From the NCBI GenBank assembly GCA_043228905.1, contig JBHGNT010000002.1:13206001-13270000 (forward strand): DNA of 64,000 nucleotides, given 5' to 3'. Position numbers and translations under genes: made by a program. Under the pieces are notes generated by a model. The model searched no databases. It was not told where the DNA came from and saw only the letters and a list, made by a program, of their open reading frames with translations. Positions 1 through 11,654 of this stretch are shown piece by piece; the stretch's first letter is position 1; every line of letters begins with the position of its first letter. The stretch comes from Azolla caroliniana. Taxonomy: Eukaryota > Plantae > Polypodiophyta.

Positions 1-341
1 AAGGGTGCCGATCCACCCGACCACCCCCGAGCGAAGGGATCGAGACGGACTCGAGCCTCGATCGGCGTCCCATACCACCGCCTTGGCGTCGAGTCGTACC
101 TGGACGATAGCGCGCTTGCTACAAGAGTCGTTCCACTCACGGACAGAGTCTCGACGTAGTCAATGCATGATGAAATGAGGGTAGCTAGGCCTCTTATTTA
201 TAGTAATTCTCAAGGCCCCCAGCCATGTTCACACTTGGCCTCATGGGTTGTCTCAATCCCGAGGATTAAAAGTAATCCTCCCCTTCTTTAGACTCTTTGT
301 TTAACCCTCACACTTATCCACGTGTATAAAATACTACGACA
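1..341 (-). repeat. Partial 3' LTR of Gypsy-1 (runs off the left edge)
   Basis: Minus strand reads purine-rich GTGGTGAGAAT then TGTCGTAG at 341, just after the stop of ORF 359-862. TATAAATA on the minus strand near 195-202. No partner LTR was seen in the window. Confidence 0.5.
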
Positions 342-358
342 ATTCTCACCACGGGATA

Positions 359-1563
359 TTATATGGTCATGCCCGTAACAGCCATGGCCGCCTCGGTTGT
401 TGTGCAAGCATCGACCATTTGTAACGAGTCCGTTTGTGCACTGGCCTGCTCCTTCAGGATGGAGTCGGTGATGGTGCTTTCATCCATCATCGTTATGCGT
501 GGGGGCGCTGGGAGGGCCTCGATGGTCGTTACTGGAAAGCTCGGGACTTGTTGTTCCAGTCGATTTTGCTCCCAGGCTGCCAGCTTCTGGTTCGCAGCGT
601 GCCATAGCTCTGTAGCCATCTTAGCTTGTTTTTGGGCTACTTTTATCTTTCGGGCCATGTCTTTGGCTGCCCGCGTAGTGCGATCTAGGTCCCGATATGC
701 CTCAATAAGGGCCGTGTTCAACTCGGGGACCTCCATGAGGAGAGCGGCCTGTTTTGCCTGCTTCTTCCTCCCGATTTTTTGTAAAGCCCTGTCCTCCTGG
801 GGCTCAATTTCACCTATTAGCGGGCGTTGAACCATTTTTGTTTCGGCGTGCTCTTCGGCCATCCGAGTGGCTACCGCGACTTGGGCTCTGGCGAGGAAGT
901 CGACCAGCTCGATGACGTACTGAGGCGGAGGAGCGCACTAAATTCGTAAGCCTCCGCGGGGAGGTCCTTATACCCGAGGACTTCATCCTCCGAGATCTGT
1001 GTTGTCTGCCCATGCTCGATCGTTCCCTGGTTCAGCGATGCCTCTGCAGGGGTGATAGCCAGGTTGCTCTGTTTGACCACTAAGGCTTGCTCCTGATGTG
1101 GCTCCTTCTGTTCTTCCGAGGTCTCACGGTTGAGTCGTCTTCTTTTGCTTGGCTGTGGTTGGGGTTCCGGGGCCGGTAGTGTCGTTTCCTCCGCCTGCTT
1201 CCTTTTTTGGGGTCGTGGTGGTGCAGCCTGCTGCGTGTTGGGGCATGGGCTAGGTCCTGGGGACATTACCGAGGGGCGCGACATTGGCTGTCGAATGGTG
1301 ACGTCATCGGCCATGTTGTCTGCCGCGGCTTCCTCCCCCTCCCATTCTTGGCAGGTCTCGGAAACTACCCTTTTTTGTTGGGGTTGGGCTGATGGTGGAG
1401 CAGATGTGGGTTTCTGGTCGGCGGCAGGAGGTGAAGGCGATGTGGGCTCCTCCCATGCTTCGTGGCTGATGGCCACGAATTTCTCTCTCTGCCTCCGTGG
1501 TGGTGGTGGGGACGTGAGTGCGCGAGGGGAAGGAAGCGAAGAGGGTGGGTATAGCACCATCAA
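359..1563 (-). pseudogene. Extra 3' ORF(s) of Gypsy-1: Pro/Gln/Glu-rich segment then a coiled-coil-like segment
   Basis: ORFs 871-1563 and 359-862 lie on the element strand, in different frames, between the truncated pol and the LTR. Confidence 0.5.
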
Positions 1564-1569
1564 AAAATG

Positions 1570-4500
1570 GGGCCGTGTCCTCGACTGACGTCCATTGGAA
1601 AGGAAGGCGATGGACTGCCGCGTGTAAGGGTGTCGCGAAATCGGCCAGGTGTCGTATCATTCGGCTGTGCCACCGGATCTGTCCCAAAAAACGACTTAGT
1701 GCCTTAGCGTTCGAGGGTGCGGTGGCCTCCAGGATTTCCTTTACTTTATCCGGGTCCATAGCAATGCCTTCTTGACTAACAATGTGGCCGAGAAGGTTGC
1801 CGCTGGTGACTAAGAATGCACATTTCGCCGGGTTTAAACTCAATCGAGCTTGGCGACATCGGTCCAGGCAGAGTCATAACTAGGTCATGTGTTCCCGTCG
1901 ATGGCCATACACGGTGAAATCGTCGAGAAAAACTTGCATGAACGCCGGGATGTAGTCATGAAAGATTTCAGTGATGATGCGCTGGAACGTTGCCGACGTT
2001 GTTTTTAGGCCAAACATCATAACTTCTGCTACAAAAACACCCCATTCCGTGACGAAAGTGTTTTTCTCCTGATCCTCCGGGTGCATTCTTATCTGGTTAT
2101 AGCCGCTGAACCCGTCGAGGAAACTGTAGCATTGGTGGCCGGCTACCGTGTCGAGGACGCTATCCGTGAATGGGAGAGGGAAACCGTCGGTGACTGTTGC
2201 CGCATTAAGCTTCCGATAGTCGACGCAGACACGGATTTTTCCGTTCTTCTTTGGGACCACTACGATCGGGCTCAACCATGTAGCCCGTTTAACAGGGCGA
2301 ATGAAGCCCACTCGGAGTAACTTGTCAATTTCCTCTTTGACTTTAGCGGCGTAGTTGGGGTTCATCCTGTAGCGCCTCTGTTGAACCGGCCAAGTGTCGG
2401 GTAAGATGTGAATTTGATGTTGGTAGTACTGAGGATCCAGCCCCTTCATATCGGTGTAAGACCAAGCGAAAACATCCTGGTAGTCGGTGAGTAATTTTAC
2501 GAGGCATGCCCGTTCGCCGGTTGGTAGATTATTGGCAATTTGTACCGTACGGGGATTCTCGTCCGAACCGAGGTTTATTGTTTCCAGGGTTGATGCTTTC
2601 ACTCGTTGTGAAACGGCGAGTTCGCGTTCGAAAGCCTCCCGAGCATGACGTAGCTCGGCAACTGTGGTTGCATCGGGTTCATCCTGGGGTGGTGACTCCT
2701 CCGTGCCTCCCTCGTCTTTAGATGGCTCGATGGTTGGTAAGGCATTGATTTCGAAGAGAGGAATGATCGTGGGATGATCCTCTAGGAAGTCATCGACCTC
2801 CTCATCGGCCAATCCGTCGAGCATATGGACTCCTTCCGCATATAACGGCGAAGTGTTGAGGGCGACGGGGACTCGTTCTTCAGTGATGATCCAGACTTTT
2901 GTCTTCCCTTTTCGGAATGAGATCATGTTGTGTTGCCAATGTTGCTTGATATTCGTTGTACGCAACCACGGTCGACCTAGTAACATTGGGTAGGCGCCTT
3001 GTGTCTCTAGTCGTAGCACGACGGCCGAGATCGTGAACATGTGTCCTCCGAGTGTGAAGTCGAGATGGCGGATTAAACCACTGGGGCGAACGGAGCGGGT
3101 GTCGGCCATCCGAAGCCAAAAGGGGCATGGTTCCCATTGATTCAGGCCGAGTTTGAGACACGTTGATTTGCTAATAACGTTTACACCGGACCCGCCGTCG
3201 ATGATGCATCCGTGCAGGTCTTGGCCCTGAATGATGATTCGCACGGTTGGGTTCTGAGAATCCATGAGTGGCGGACCGGTACCTGCTTCGGTGAGGTGTA
3301 CCGGTGGTGTCTTGGTCTTAGTATTGGCTTGTAGTGCCGCCAGGGTGTCCCGAAATCTCGGCATGAGTGGTAGCAGTTTATGTAGGGGCAGCGAGATGCG
3401 GGAATTGGTAAGCACATCCCATAGCTGGTCGTCCTCCGACGACGTGGGTGGTGCCGAGGTTTGTGGTACTTCACTGGGCTCGTCCCTCATGTCAGTTTGC
3501 ATGCGTGCGGCATTATTTTTATTGGCCGTGTCGACCCAGTCTTTTGCTGCTTGTCGTACTTCATCCTGGATTTGCCATTGAGTAGTCTGTGCTTTACTCC
3601 GGGTAGTGACCGTTTGCACATCGGCCATGATACTGTTTACCGCGGGTGCCTTGCCACGGTTGGTTGTCGGACATTGCGTGGCGTAGTGGCCTGGTTGGTT
3701 ACATTTAAAACATGTCACATTGGCCGAGCTGCTGGTGTCTGCTCGGTCTGTGTGTGGAAGCTGTTGTTGTGGATCCTTGGTCTCGTTTAATGGTGGGTTG
3801 TTCCGAGGTGTGTTGGAGTTGCGTTGGTCCTGTTGAGGAGCGTCCCGTCGGCGGTTGTGAGTAGGTCTTCTGTTGTTGCGTGTGTTACGATTGCCGTTTC
3901 GCCGATCCATGCGTGAGTTCCTTCGGTCATACCGATCATCGTGATCATCATCGTACCGAGCATAATCGGCGTGCCAGTCATCGCGATAATAATCACGGCG
4001 ATTATCACGTTGGTAGTCGTCGTGTCGGCGCCATCGATCCGGGGATCGCGGTTGGTCCTTATCCTGGTCGCGGTAGATATATCACTTGTCCTGCCGAGAG
4101 TATGTATTGCGTGGCTCGATCTGGCGGACCGGTGCTGCCGTTGTGCAGTTCAACATATTATATTCGCACTGCTAGACCGTGTGAGCTCGAGACTGACATA
4201 TCGAACACTGTGGTCGGTGGGGACATTCGAGGGCCAAGTGTCCTGATCCTGAACACACAGTGCATTGGAGGGCTTGGCGAAAGCGATTGTCCTCTTGGGG
4301 AAGAGTGGTTTGCAAGGATGTCATCGAGAAGGCCGTGCCGTGCCGGTTCCGATCGAGGGCGAGAACGCGCGCTATGACTTGTTCGATAGTATGGTTGGTG
4401 AAATTTGTAAGTGCAAGAGTCGTTCGTAGAGGCTCTCGTAAACTGGATAGGAAAGTGTCTGGTATATGTTGTGCCGAGACATCATCGGCCACTTGTCTGT

Positions 4501-4978
4501 AGAGATCCTGGAACCGGATCGTGAATTGGGCGACCGTTTCGTGCGGTTCCTAGCATATAGAGAAGAATTGCCGTAGCAGTTCCCGTTTAGGCACCTCGCG
4601 ATGAAAAAGTTCAAGGAACTTTGTGCGCACGATTTGGAAAGTGGTGGCCTCTCCTATTTCGAGACGAGAGTACCATCGTGCGGCCGGTCCCTCGAGGGAG
4701 AGTGTGAACTTGGCAATCTTCGATGCATCGATTTCGGCCGGTGTGAGGCGGTGCGTGGAGTGGTTAGCCTGCCACGTGGATATGAAGGCACGGATGTGCG
4801 ACTCCGCGTCAGGTCCGTCGGCATATCGTGGGTATGGGTACGACATGATGTCGTACTGTGGTTCTTCTAGTAGCACCGGAAAAGGGTTTAGTTCCGGTTG
4901 ATTGACCTCCGGAGGGCTCGACGGGGGCTCTGGTGGTGAATCCACTCGCGATCGAGTGTCCGGTGGAGAGGATTGCAC
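1570..4978 (-). pseudogene. Gypsy-1 gag-pol (gag, zinc knuckle, aspartic protease, RT), interrupted
   Basis: ORFs 4550-4978, 4172-4492, 1880-3910 (CFKCNQPGHYATQC, RT) and 1304-1843 (LNPAKCAF..LLGHIVS). Confidence 0.9.
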
Positions 4979-5671
4979 TGGACAAGCCCCCGATTGATCG
5001 GGAAAGGATTGGTCAGTGACCGCCGAGTCAGAAGTTCCTTCGACTGGCTCAAGGTGTCGGGCAGGTGGCCGAGACCTCGTGGTGCAAGAGGGCGCCGTAA
5101 CGCCGGCTGGTGGTTACCTTCAACGAAGTTCGTTGTGCACTCACAGCTGTAACCGGGCGTGCCAAATTGTGTTACCCGTTCCTTTGGGTGAACACCTTCG
5201 ATAGATCTGCGACTATCGGTCTTCAAGGGCGTGGTATGTGAAGGCTCGTACAGAGGCGTCGAGAGAGATACAGGGTTCAGAGAGAAAACACTAGCGAGGT
5301 TTTGATAGACGTGGCGGCATGAAACTCATAGGTATAGATCGAAACACAGAATCATGCAACCAAAATAGGCACAAAAAAGATGTATTACTATGGCCGAAAG
5401 GATTACAGAACACGGCCTATGGCCGGTGACCTTACAAGTTTATCTAATTCGAATGACTAAGCTAGTGCTTCTGCCTATAATTTTTCTTCTCTCTCTTTTC
5501 TGAGGTACTGTTCCTCGTTTAAATAACTTTTCCCCTTACACACAGCCGAGCCCTTGGTGGCCCGTGATACTCGGACTCGGCGTCTGCTAATTTCCTAATT
5601 TTACATTTCTGTCCTCTGGACAACATAAACTCATACACAATGATATTCACCTAACTAATGTCAATGATAGA

Positions 5672-6045
5672 TGTTGAGAGACAAGCTCAACATTGGCCGG
5701 ATCGGCTGAAGAAGCCGAGGACCGGATCGGCTGGGACCGATCGGTTAGGCCGTTAGGAAAGATATTCCGTGAGGAATATATTTGGGAGTTAGTGTAGGAG
5801 CTCTTAATGAGCATTGAAGTATTGTCAGTACTCCAGTCAGTCCTTCTAGGGCTTGTACAAAGTGTTCATTGAACACATATATGTTTGGTTTTTGTCTGTT
5901 AATACACATTCTCCTTTTTGGTGTCTTCTCTCCAACTCTCTCGGTCTCTCCCGCGAATACTGTGTAAGCTCAAGCTCTCCATTAAACCTGAGTGTTCTCC
6001 CTTCTGTTTTGTCGTTATACTTGCTTCCGCACGCTACTTCTTACA
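5672..6045 (+). repeat. Copia-1 5' LTR
   Basis: Direct repeat of 10947-11295; about 8 substitutions counted by eye plus a 25-bp indel. Confidence 0.97.
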
Positions 6046-6117
6046 TGGTATCAGAGCGCGAGGCTTGAGAACCTCTCTGCAACCGACACAGCTTGACGAA
6101 GAAGAACAAGAAGAACG

Positions 6118-9100
6118 ATGGATAGAGGCATGGCGAGCTCGCTTCGAACAGAGAAGCTCGACAGAACCAACTACGCGTCTTGGTCCTACAAGATGCACCA
6201 GTACCTGCTCGGGCACGGCTACTGGAGTTATGTCGAAGGAGCTAATGACGCGGCACCCGAATCGACACACAGAGACTTTCCGTCATGGGAGCAATCGGTG
6301 AGCAGGGTATTATACTACTTCGGGTCGTGTGTGGGCGAACAGCTATTGAGCTATGTTCGGGATGCAAAGACGTTGAAGGGTGCGTGGGAAAATCTGAAGA
6401 AGATCTTCGCCGTGAGCACCACAACCAGGAAGCTTCAGCTCCGACAGGAGTTGAGCAACCTACGACAACGCGACTTGTTGGCGGCGGACTATACCTCGAA
6501 GATCAAGGATATTTGCGACTCCCTCGCCTCCATAGAGGTGAACATCGAGGAGAGCGAGATGGTCCAGATCTGTCTCGGAGGTTTGGCGTCGAAGTTCGGA
6601 GCGTTCCAAACGGCTGTGTGTACCCGGGAGAATACGCCGTCCTTTTTCGACTTACAGTCGATGCTCCTGGTAGAGGAGAACCACGCGGGTGCGTCGACAA
6701 GCATGCACATCGACAACAAGATGTTGTACACAGAGGGAGAAAGGCCCCGTGGTCGTGGCGGACGAGGTGAGTCAGTACGCAATGGAAGCGGCCGACGAGA
6801 TCAAGGAAGAAGGCACCAAAGTGATGCCGACAGCAACTCCAAACCCTCCGGAAACAGGGGGAGTCGAAGCGATGAGAACCGGCAAGGGAAGGCCATCGCG
6901 AAGTGCTGGTACTGTGGCAAGAAAGGCCACAGGGAAAGTGAGTGCTGGAAGAAGCGTGCCGATTTGGAGAGAACCGGTTCCGGAAACGGCTCCGGACATA
7001 CCGACAAAAGAAATCGGCAGCAATCGCACTACGCCGAAGACTCCGGGAGAGACGGAGAATGGTCTGCCTTCGTGACGAAACACAAAGCAAACTCAATGAA
7101 ACAGACCACCCCGAGATCGGACGAGGTGTGGTACGTTGACTCTTGCGCGTCAAACCACATGACGAGCCATAAGGAGTGGTTCCCGTACCTTAAAAAACCG
7201 ATACAACCTGGAGTAGTCGCAACTGGAGACGACACTCCGCATCCGATCGCGAATGTTGGAGAAGTTCCCCTTTAGCCATGTCGGGCAGGAAGGGAAACTC
7301 ATGAACGTGTTGCACGTTCCGACAATCACGAAAAACTTGGTCTCGGTCGGACAGATCGTCGACCAAGGGATGGAGGTTTGGTTTACACACCTCGGGTGCT
7401 TCATTGAGGAAGAAGGTCGTGTGATTGCGCAAGGGCGCAGAGACGGGAGGATGTTCATCCTCGATTCCATTGACGGCGGCACCACAATGTTCGCGAAGGG
7501 ACAAAAAGTCGAGTCTGACATCGACTTGTGGCACAAGCGGATAGGCCACGTCAACTACCAGCGGCTTCAAGATCTGCAATCGAAACAGGTAGTGTTCGGA
7601 TTGCCCAAATTTAGTGGCCGAATGGCACAAATTTGTGAAGCCTGCCAGCTCGGGAAGCAACACCGACTTCCCTTCCCCAACGAGCGAAACCGGAGCCGAA
7701 ACAAGCTCGACCTTATACACTCCGATGTATGGGGGCCGGCACAAAACGTTAGTCTTGGCGGGAGCCGATATTTCATCTCCTTCATCGACGACCACACGCG
7801 GCACACGCGGATCTACCTCATTGAGAGGAAGATCGAAGTCTTCGACTGTTTCCGGGACCTCAAAGGGTTCGTGGAAACGGAAACGGGACGAAAGATCAAG
7901 TGCCTACGGTCGGATGGCGGGAAAGAGTACTTTTCCGGTCAATTCAACGGTTATCTACAACAAATGGGAATTCGGCGCGAATTCAGTTACAGATACACGC
8001 CGGAGCAGAACGGCGTGGCCGAGAGGAAGAATCGGTCAGTTGTGGAAGCGGCACGGGCAATGCTGGAGGAGAAGAGCTTGCCCAAGTTCTAATGGGCCGA
8101 GGTGGTAAGGACCGCGGTATACATCCAGAACCGGATCGGAGACAAAGTGTCGGCGCACGAGCTATATTTCGGAACGAAACTGAACTTGCAACACTTGAGG
8201 GTGTTCGGTAGCATTGCGTATGTGCATATACCGAAGGAGAAAAGGAGGAAGCTGGATGCAAAGGCCGAGAAATGCATCTTGGTCGGTTACTCGGACGAGC
8301 AGAAGGGTTATAAGTGCTATAACCCTTGCACCAAACAAGCGCGTGTTAGCCACGATGTTGTGTTTGACGAGTCCGCGTCTTGGTACCTGCCCCCAACTCC
8401 GAACCCCAACTCCAATCCGAGTTCTGACGATGAGGTCAGCGAGGCCGAGATGCCTCCGGATGAGCCCGAAATCAAGACCCGCGAAGAGAGTCCGATTTCA
8501 CTCCGGTTAAGTGGACCAATTGGACGACTGAGTCGGTACGACCAGTCCGATGAAGAGCCGGCGAGTAGTGGAAACTCGGCCATGCATTCCCCGCGCAGGA
8601 AGCCGAGGAGACGGCTTACGCGCAAAGAGAAAGGGAAGAAGAAGGTGTCGGATTCCGGCACGGAAAGGAACGAGTCAGACCGACGCGAGTCCGACTCCGA
8701 GGGAACCGGTGACGGGTCTTTAAAGGTGAAGACCGCGTCGACTGAAGGCCTCGACATCGGCTAATGTGAGATTACGCCGATCTACCCGCCAGAAGAATCC
8801 TGTTTTGCGGTTCGGATACAACGAGTACATGGCGCATCATTATGCGTACATGACCCGTGTAGCGGAAGTGCGTGAGCCAGAGAGCTACGCAGAAGCGGCT
8901 AAAGACGCGAATTGGTGTGCCACGATGGAGGAAGAGATGCACGCATTGGCAGAGAACGAGACTTGGGACCTGGTTGACGCACCAACAGGGGTAAAACCAA
9001 TCGGGTGTAGGTGGGTGTACAAAGTCAAGTACAACACCGATGGCTCGGTCAACTGGTACAAGGCTCGGCTAGTGGCAAAGGGCTAAGCGCAGAAACACGG

Positions 9101-10766
9101 CATCGACTACGATGAGACGTTTGCGCCGGTCGCGAAAATGATGACCGTCCGTGTTTTGCTCGCAGTAGCCGCGGCCAAGGGGTGGCACCTACATCAAATG
9201 GATGTAAAGAATGCGTTCCTGCAAGGTGACCTTGAGGAACAAGTGTACATGGTACAACCCCCCGGATTTCACTCCGGAACGAACTCCTCGGCAGTATACC
9301 GACTAAAGAAGTCCCTTTACGGACTGAAGCAAGCCCCGCGTGCCTGGAACGCGAAGATCACGCAACAACTGTGTCGGATGGGCTTCGTCACGTCAAAATC
9401 GGACTCTTCCCTGCTCATCCGGAAAGGACGACTCGGACCGGTTAGTATTCTGCTATATGTTGATGACTTGGTCATCACCGGCGCCGACCTAGGTGAAATC
9501 GACCGCGTGAACCTCCAACTTGTGGCATCGTTCGACATGAAGGATCTGGGAGACCTTCGTTACTTCCTCGGGATCGAAGTGATCCGTACCCCCGAAGGCA
9601 TATTGATCAGCCAACATCATTACGTGCTGAGTATGCTCTTCAAACTCAGGATGGCCGATTGTAAGACCGTCTCAACTCCTCTGGAAAGAACCATCAAGCT
9701 TCGTCTCGATACGGGAAAGGTATGCGACCCGACAAGGTTCCGACAAATTGTCGGAAGCCTCATATACTTGACCATCACCCGACCCGACCTCAATTATCCG
9801 GTCGGAGTGATCAGTCAGTTCATGGCGCGACCTACCGAGGAGCACCTTCAGTGTGCGCAACGCGTACTGCGGTACATAAGTGGCACTAAGGACCGCGGAC
9901 TACTATATCGGACCGGTGCGGCCGCGCGGTTAGTCGGCGACATCGCTGCTGATTGGGCTGGCAATGCCGCCGATCGCCGATCCACGTCCGGATACGCGTT
10001 CTCCCTCGGGAGTGCCGCGATCGCGTGGAGCAGTAGGAAGCAACCGACAGTTGCACTGTCGAGCACCGAAGCTGAGAACCGAGGAGCGGCTGTCGCGACA
10101 TGCGAAGCCATATGGTTGAAGCGGCTACTTAAGGACTTGCATGTGGAGGTGTCAGATCCGACGACGATCTATTGCAACAACCTCAACCGCATTCAGGTCG
10201 CGAAGAACCCCGTTTTCCACGCACGGACCAAGCACATTGAGGTGCACTACCATTTCGTCCGTGAGCATGTCCTTTCCGATGCAATCGAACTTCAGTACGT
10301 GCCGACGGATCGGCAGACTGCCGACATCTTCACAAAGCCTTTTGGTCTGGACAAGTTGCGGCAATTCTCAGGTGCGCTCGGGTTGCGTCACCTCGACGTG
10401 CCAACCTTGAGGGGGAGAACAGTCCTAAACGACCAAGCAAGTCAACAGGAAAGGAGCAGAGACCGCGACACCGAGTCCGAGTCGGTTGACTCGGTTGTCG
10501 AGTTCGACCTCGGATCGGCTGAAGAAGCCGAGGGCGGACCCACGGAAAAGTTCGAAAGCGGACAGAAGGGGAGCAGCCGAAGGAGAGAGCCGAAGCCAAC
10601 CACGCATGGGGGAGATGACGCAATCGAGGGCGAGAAGACCGAAGAGGAGTTGGAGACAGCCAACTCGGACGAGAGCAAAAACCGATCGGAAGTAGCTGAG
10701 TCGGTTCGGATGTTTGATTCAGACACGTTGAATCAACCGAGGCCCAAGCGGAAGAAAAGGCAGTAG
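6118..10766 (+). pseudogene. Copia-1 gag-pol (gag, CCHC, protease, integrase, RT, RNase H) with frameshifts and stops
   Basis: CWYCGKKGHRESEC, WYVDSCASNHMT, LWHKRIGH..CEACQLGK, HSDVWGP, LRSDGGKEY, QMDVKNAFL, LYVDD, RTKHIEVHYHF. Split across ORFs 6118-7275, 7253-8092, 8102-8764, 8766-9086 and 9138-10766. Confidence 0.95.
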
Positions 10767-10946
10767 AAGAAGTGTCGACACTGCTATAGCAAAAGAGCTG
10801 ATAAGGGTCACATGAGTAGACAAGCCGACCGTAAGGGTCGAAGCGCGCAGAGTCGAACAGGTCGAGGAGCGCGAGCGAGGCGTGAAGCCAGGAGGAACCG
10901 GAGCTGTGAAGATCCCAAAGAGCCTCAAGTTGAGCTTGAGGGGGAG

Positions 10947-11295
10947 TGTTGAGAGACAAGCTCAACATCGGCCGGATCGGCTGGGACCGATCGGTTAGGC
11001 CGTTAGGAAAGATATTCCGTGAGGAATATATTTGGGAGTTAGTGTAGGAGCTCTTAATGAGCATTGAAGTACTGTCAGTAATCCAGTCAGTCCTTCTAGG
11101 GCTTGTACAAAGTGTTCATTGAACACATATATGTTTGTTTTTTGTCTGTTAATACACATTCTCCTTTTTGGTGTCTTCTCTCCAACTCTCTCGGTCTCTC
11201 CCGCGTATACTGTGTAAGCTCAAGCTCTCCATTAAACCTGAGTGTTCTCCCTTCTGTTCTGTCTTTATACTTGCTTCCGCACGCTACTTTTTACA
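10947..11295 (+). repeat. Copia-1 3' LTR
   Basis: Follows the PPT, ends TTACA and is followed by TSD ATAGA. Confidence 0.97.
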
Positions 11296-11654
11296 ATAGA
11301 TGTATTACAAACATTTAATGCATCACCATGTCCAAAACTTTACCAATCCCGAATTGGTGCCCTAGGTCATGGCCATCTACATGTGTAGTTATTAATATCT
11401 CCACCTTGAGTTTTTGCAAGTTTCCTTGTCACCTGTATTATGCTCATGTTGTCATCCTTGGTTCCACGTAAATGTTTCTCTATTGTGGGTGGACCAAACT
11501 ATGAAGATCAACATTAAATGCTTGAAGTGGTGATTAAGACCACAAGAATATTTTATAGACCATGTAAACGACATTTGCAAGGTTTAATTACCATCAACAC
11601 AATTATTAATGGTTTGTTGTTGATCAATGAAGAACACGTTCACCATAAGGTATC

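Larger units (their letters stand above)
1..5666 (-). mobile_element. Gypsy-1: non-chromovirus Ty3/Gypsy element (Athila/Tat/Phygy-like), decayed and internally deleted
   Basis: Gag (4172-4978), CCHC knuckle, protease IIDGGSGVNV, RT motifs VCVDYRKLN, FLDGFSGYNQI and VFLDD. RNase H and integrase are absent (deletion near 1570). The right boundary is uncertain because Copia-1 is inserted at 5672. Confidence 0.85.
5672..11295 (+). mobile_element. Copia-1: full-length Ty1/Copia LTR retrotransposon
   Basis: LTRs 5672-6045 and 10947-11295 (TG..CA). TSD ATAGA at 5667-5671 and 11296-11300. PBS TGGTATCAGAGC at 6046-6057. PPT TTGAGGGGGAG at 10936-10946. Confidence 0.97.

Noticed and set aside
3941-4246. 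Hydrophobic ORF suggesting an env-like membrane protein
   Set aside because: It is the antisense shadow of the Arg/Asp/Tyr-rich Gypsy gag segment.
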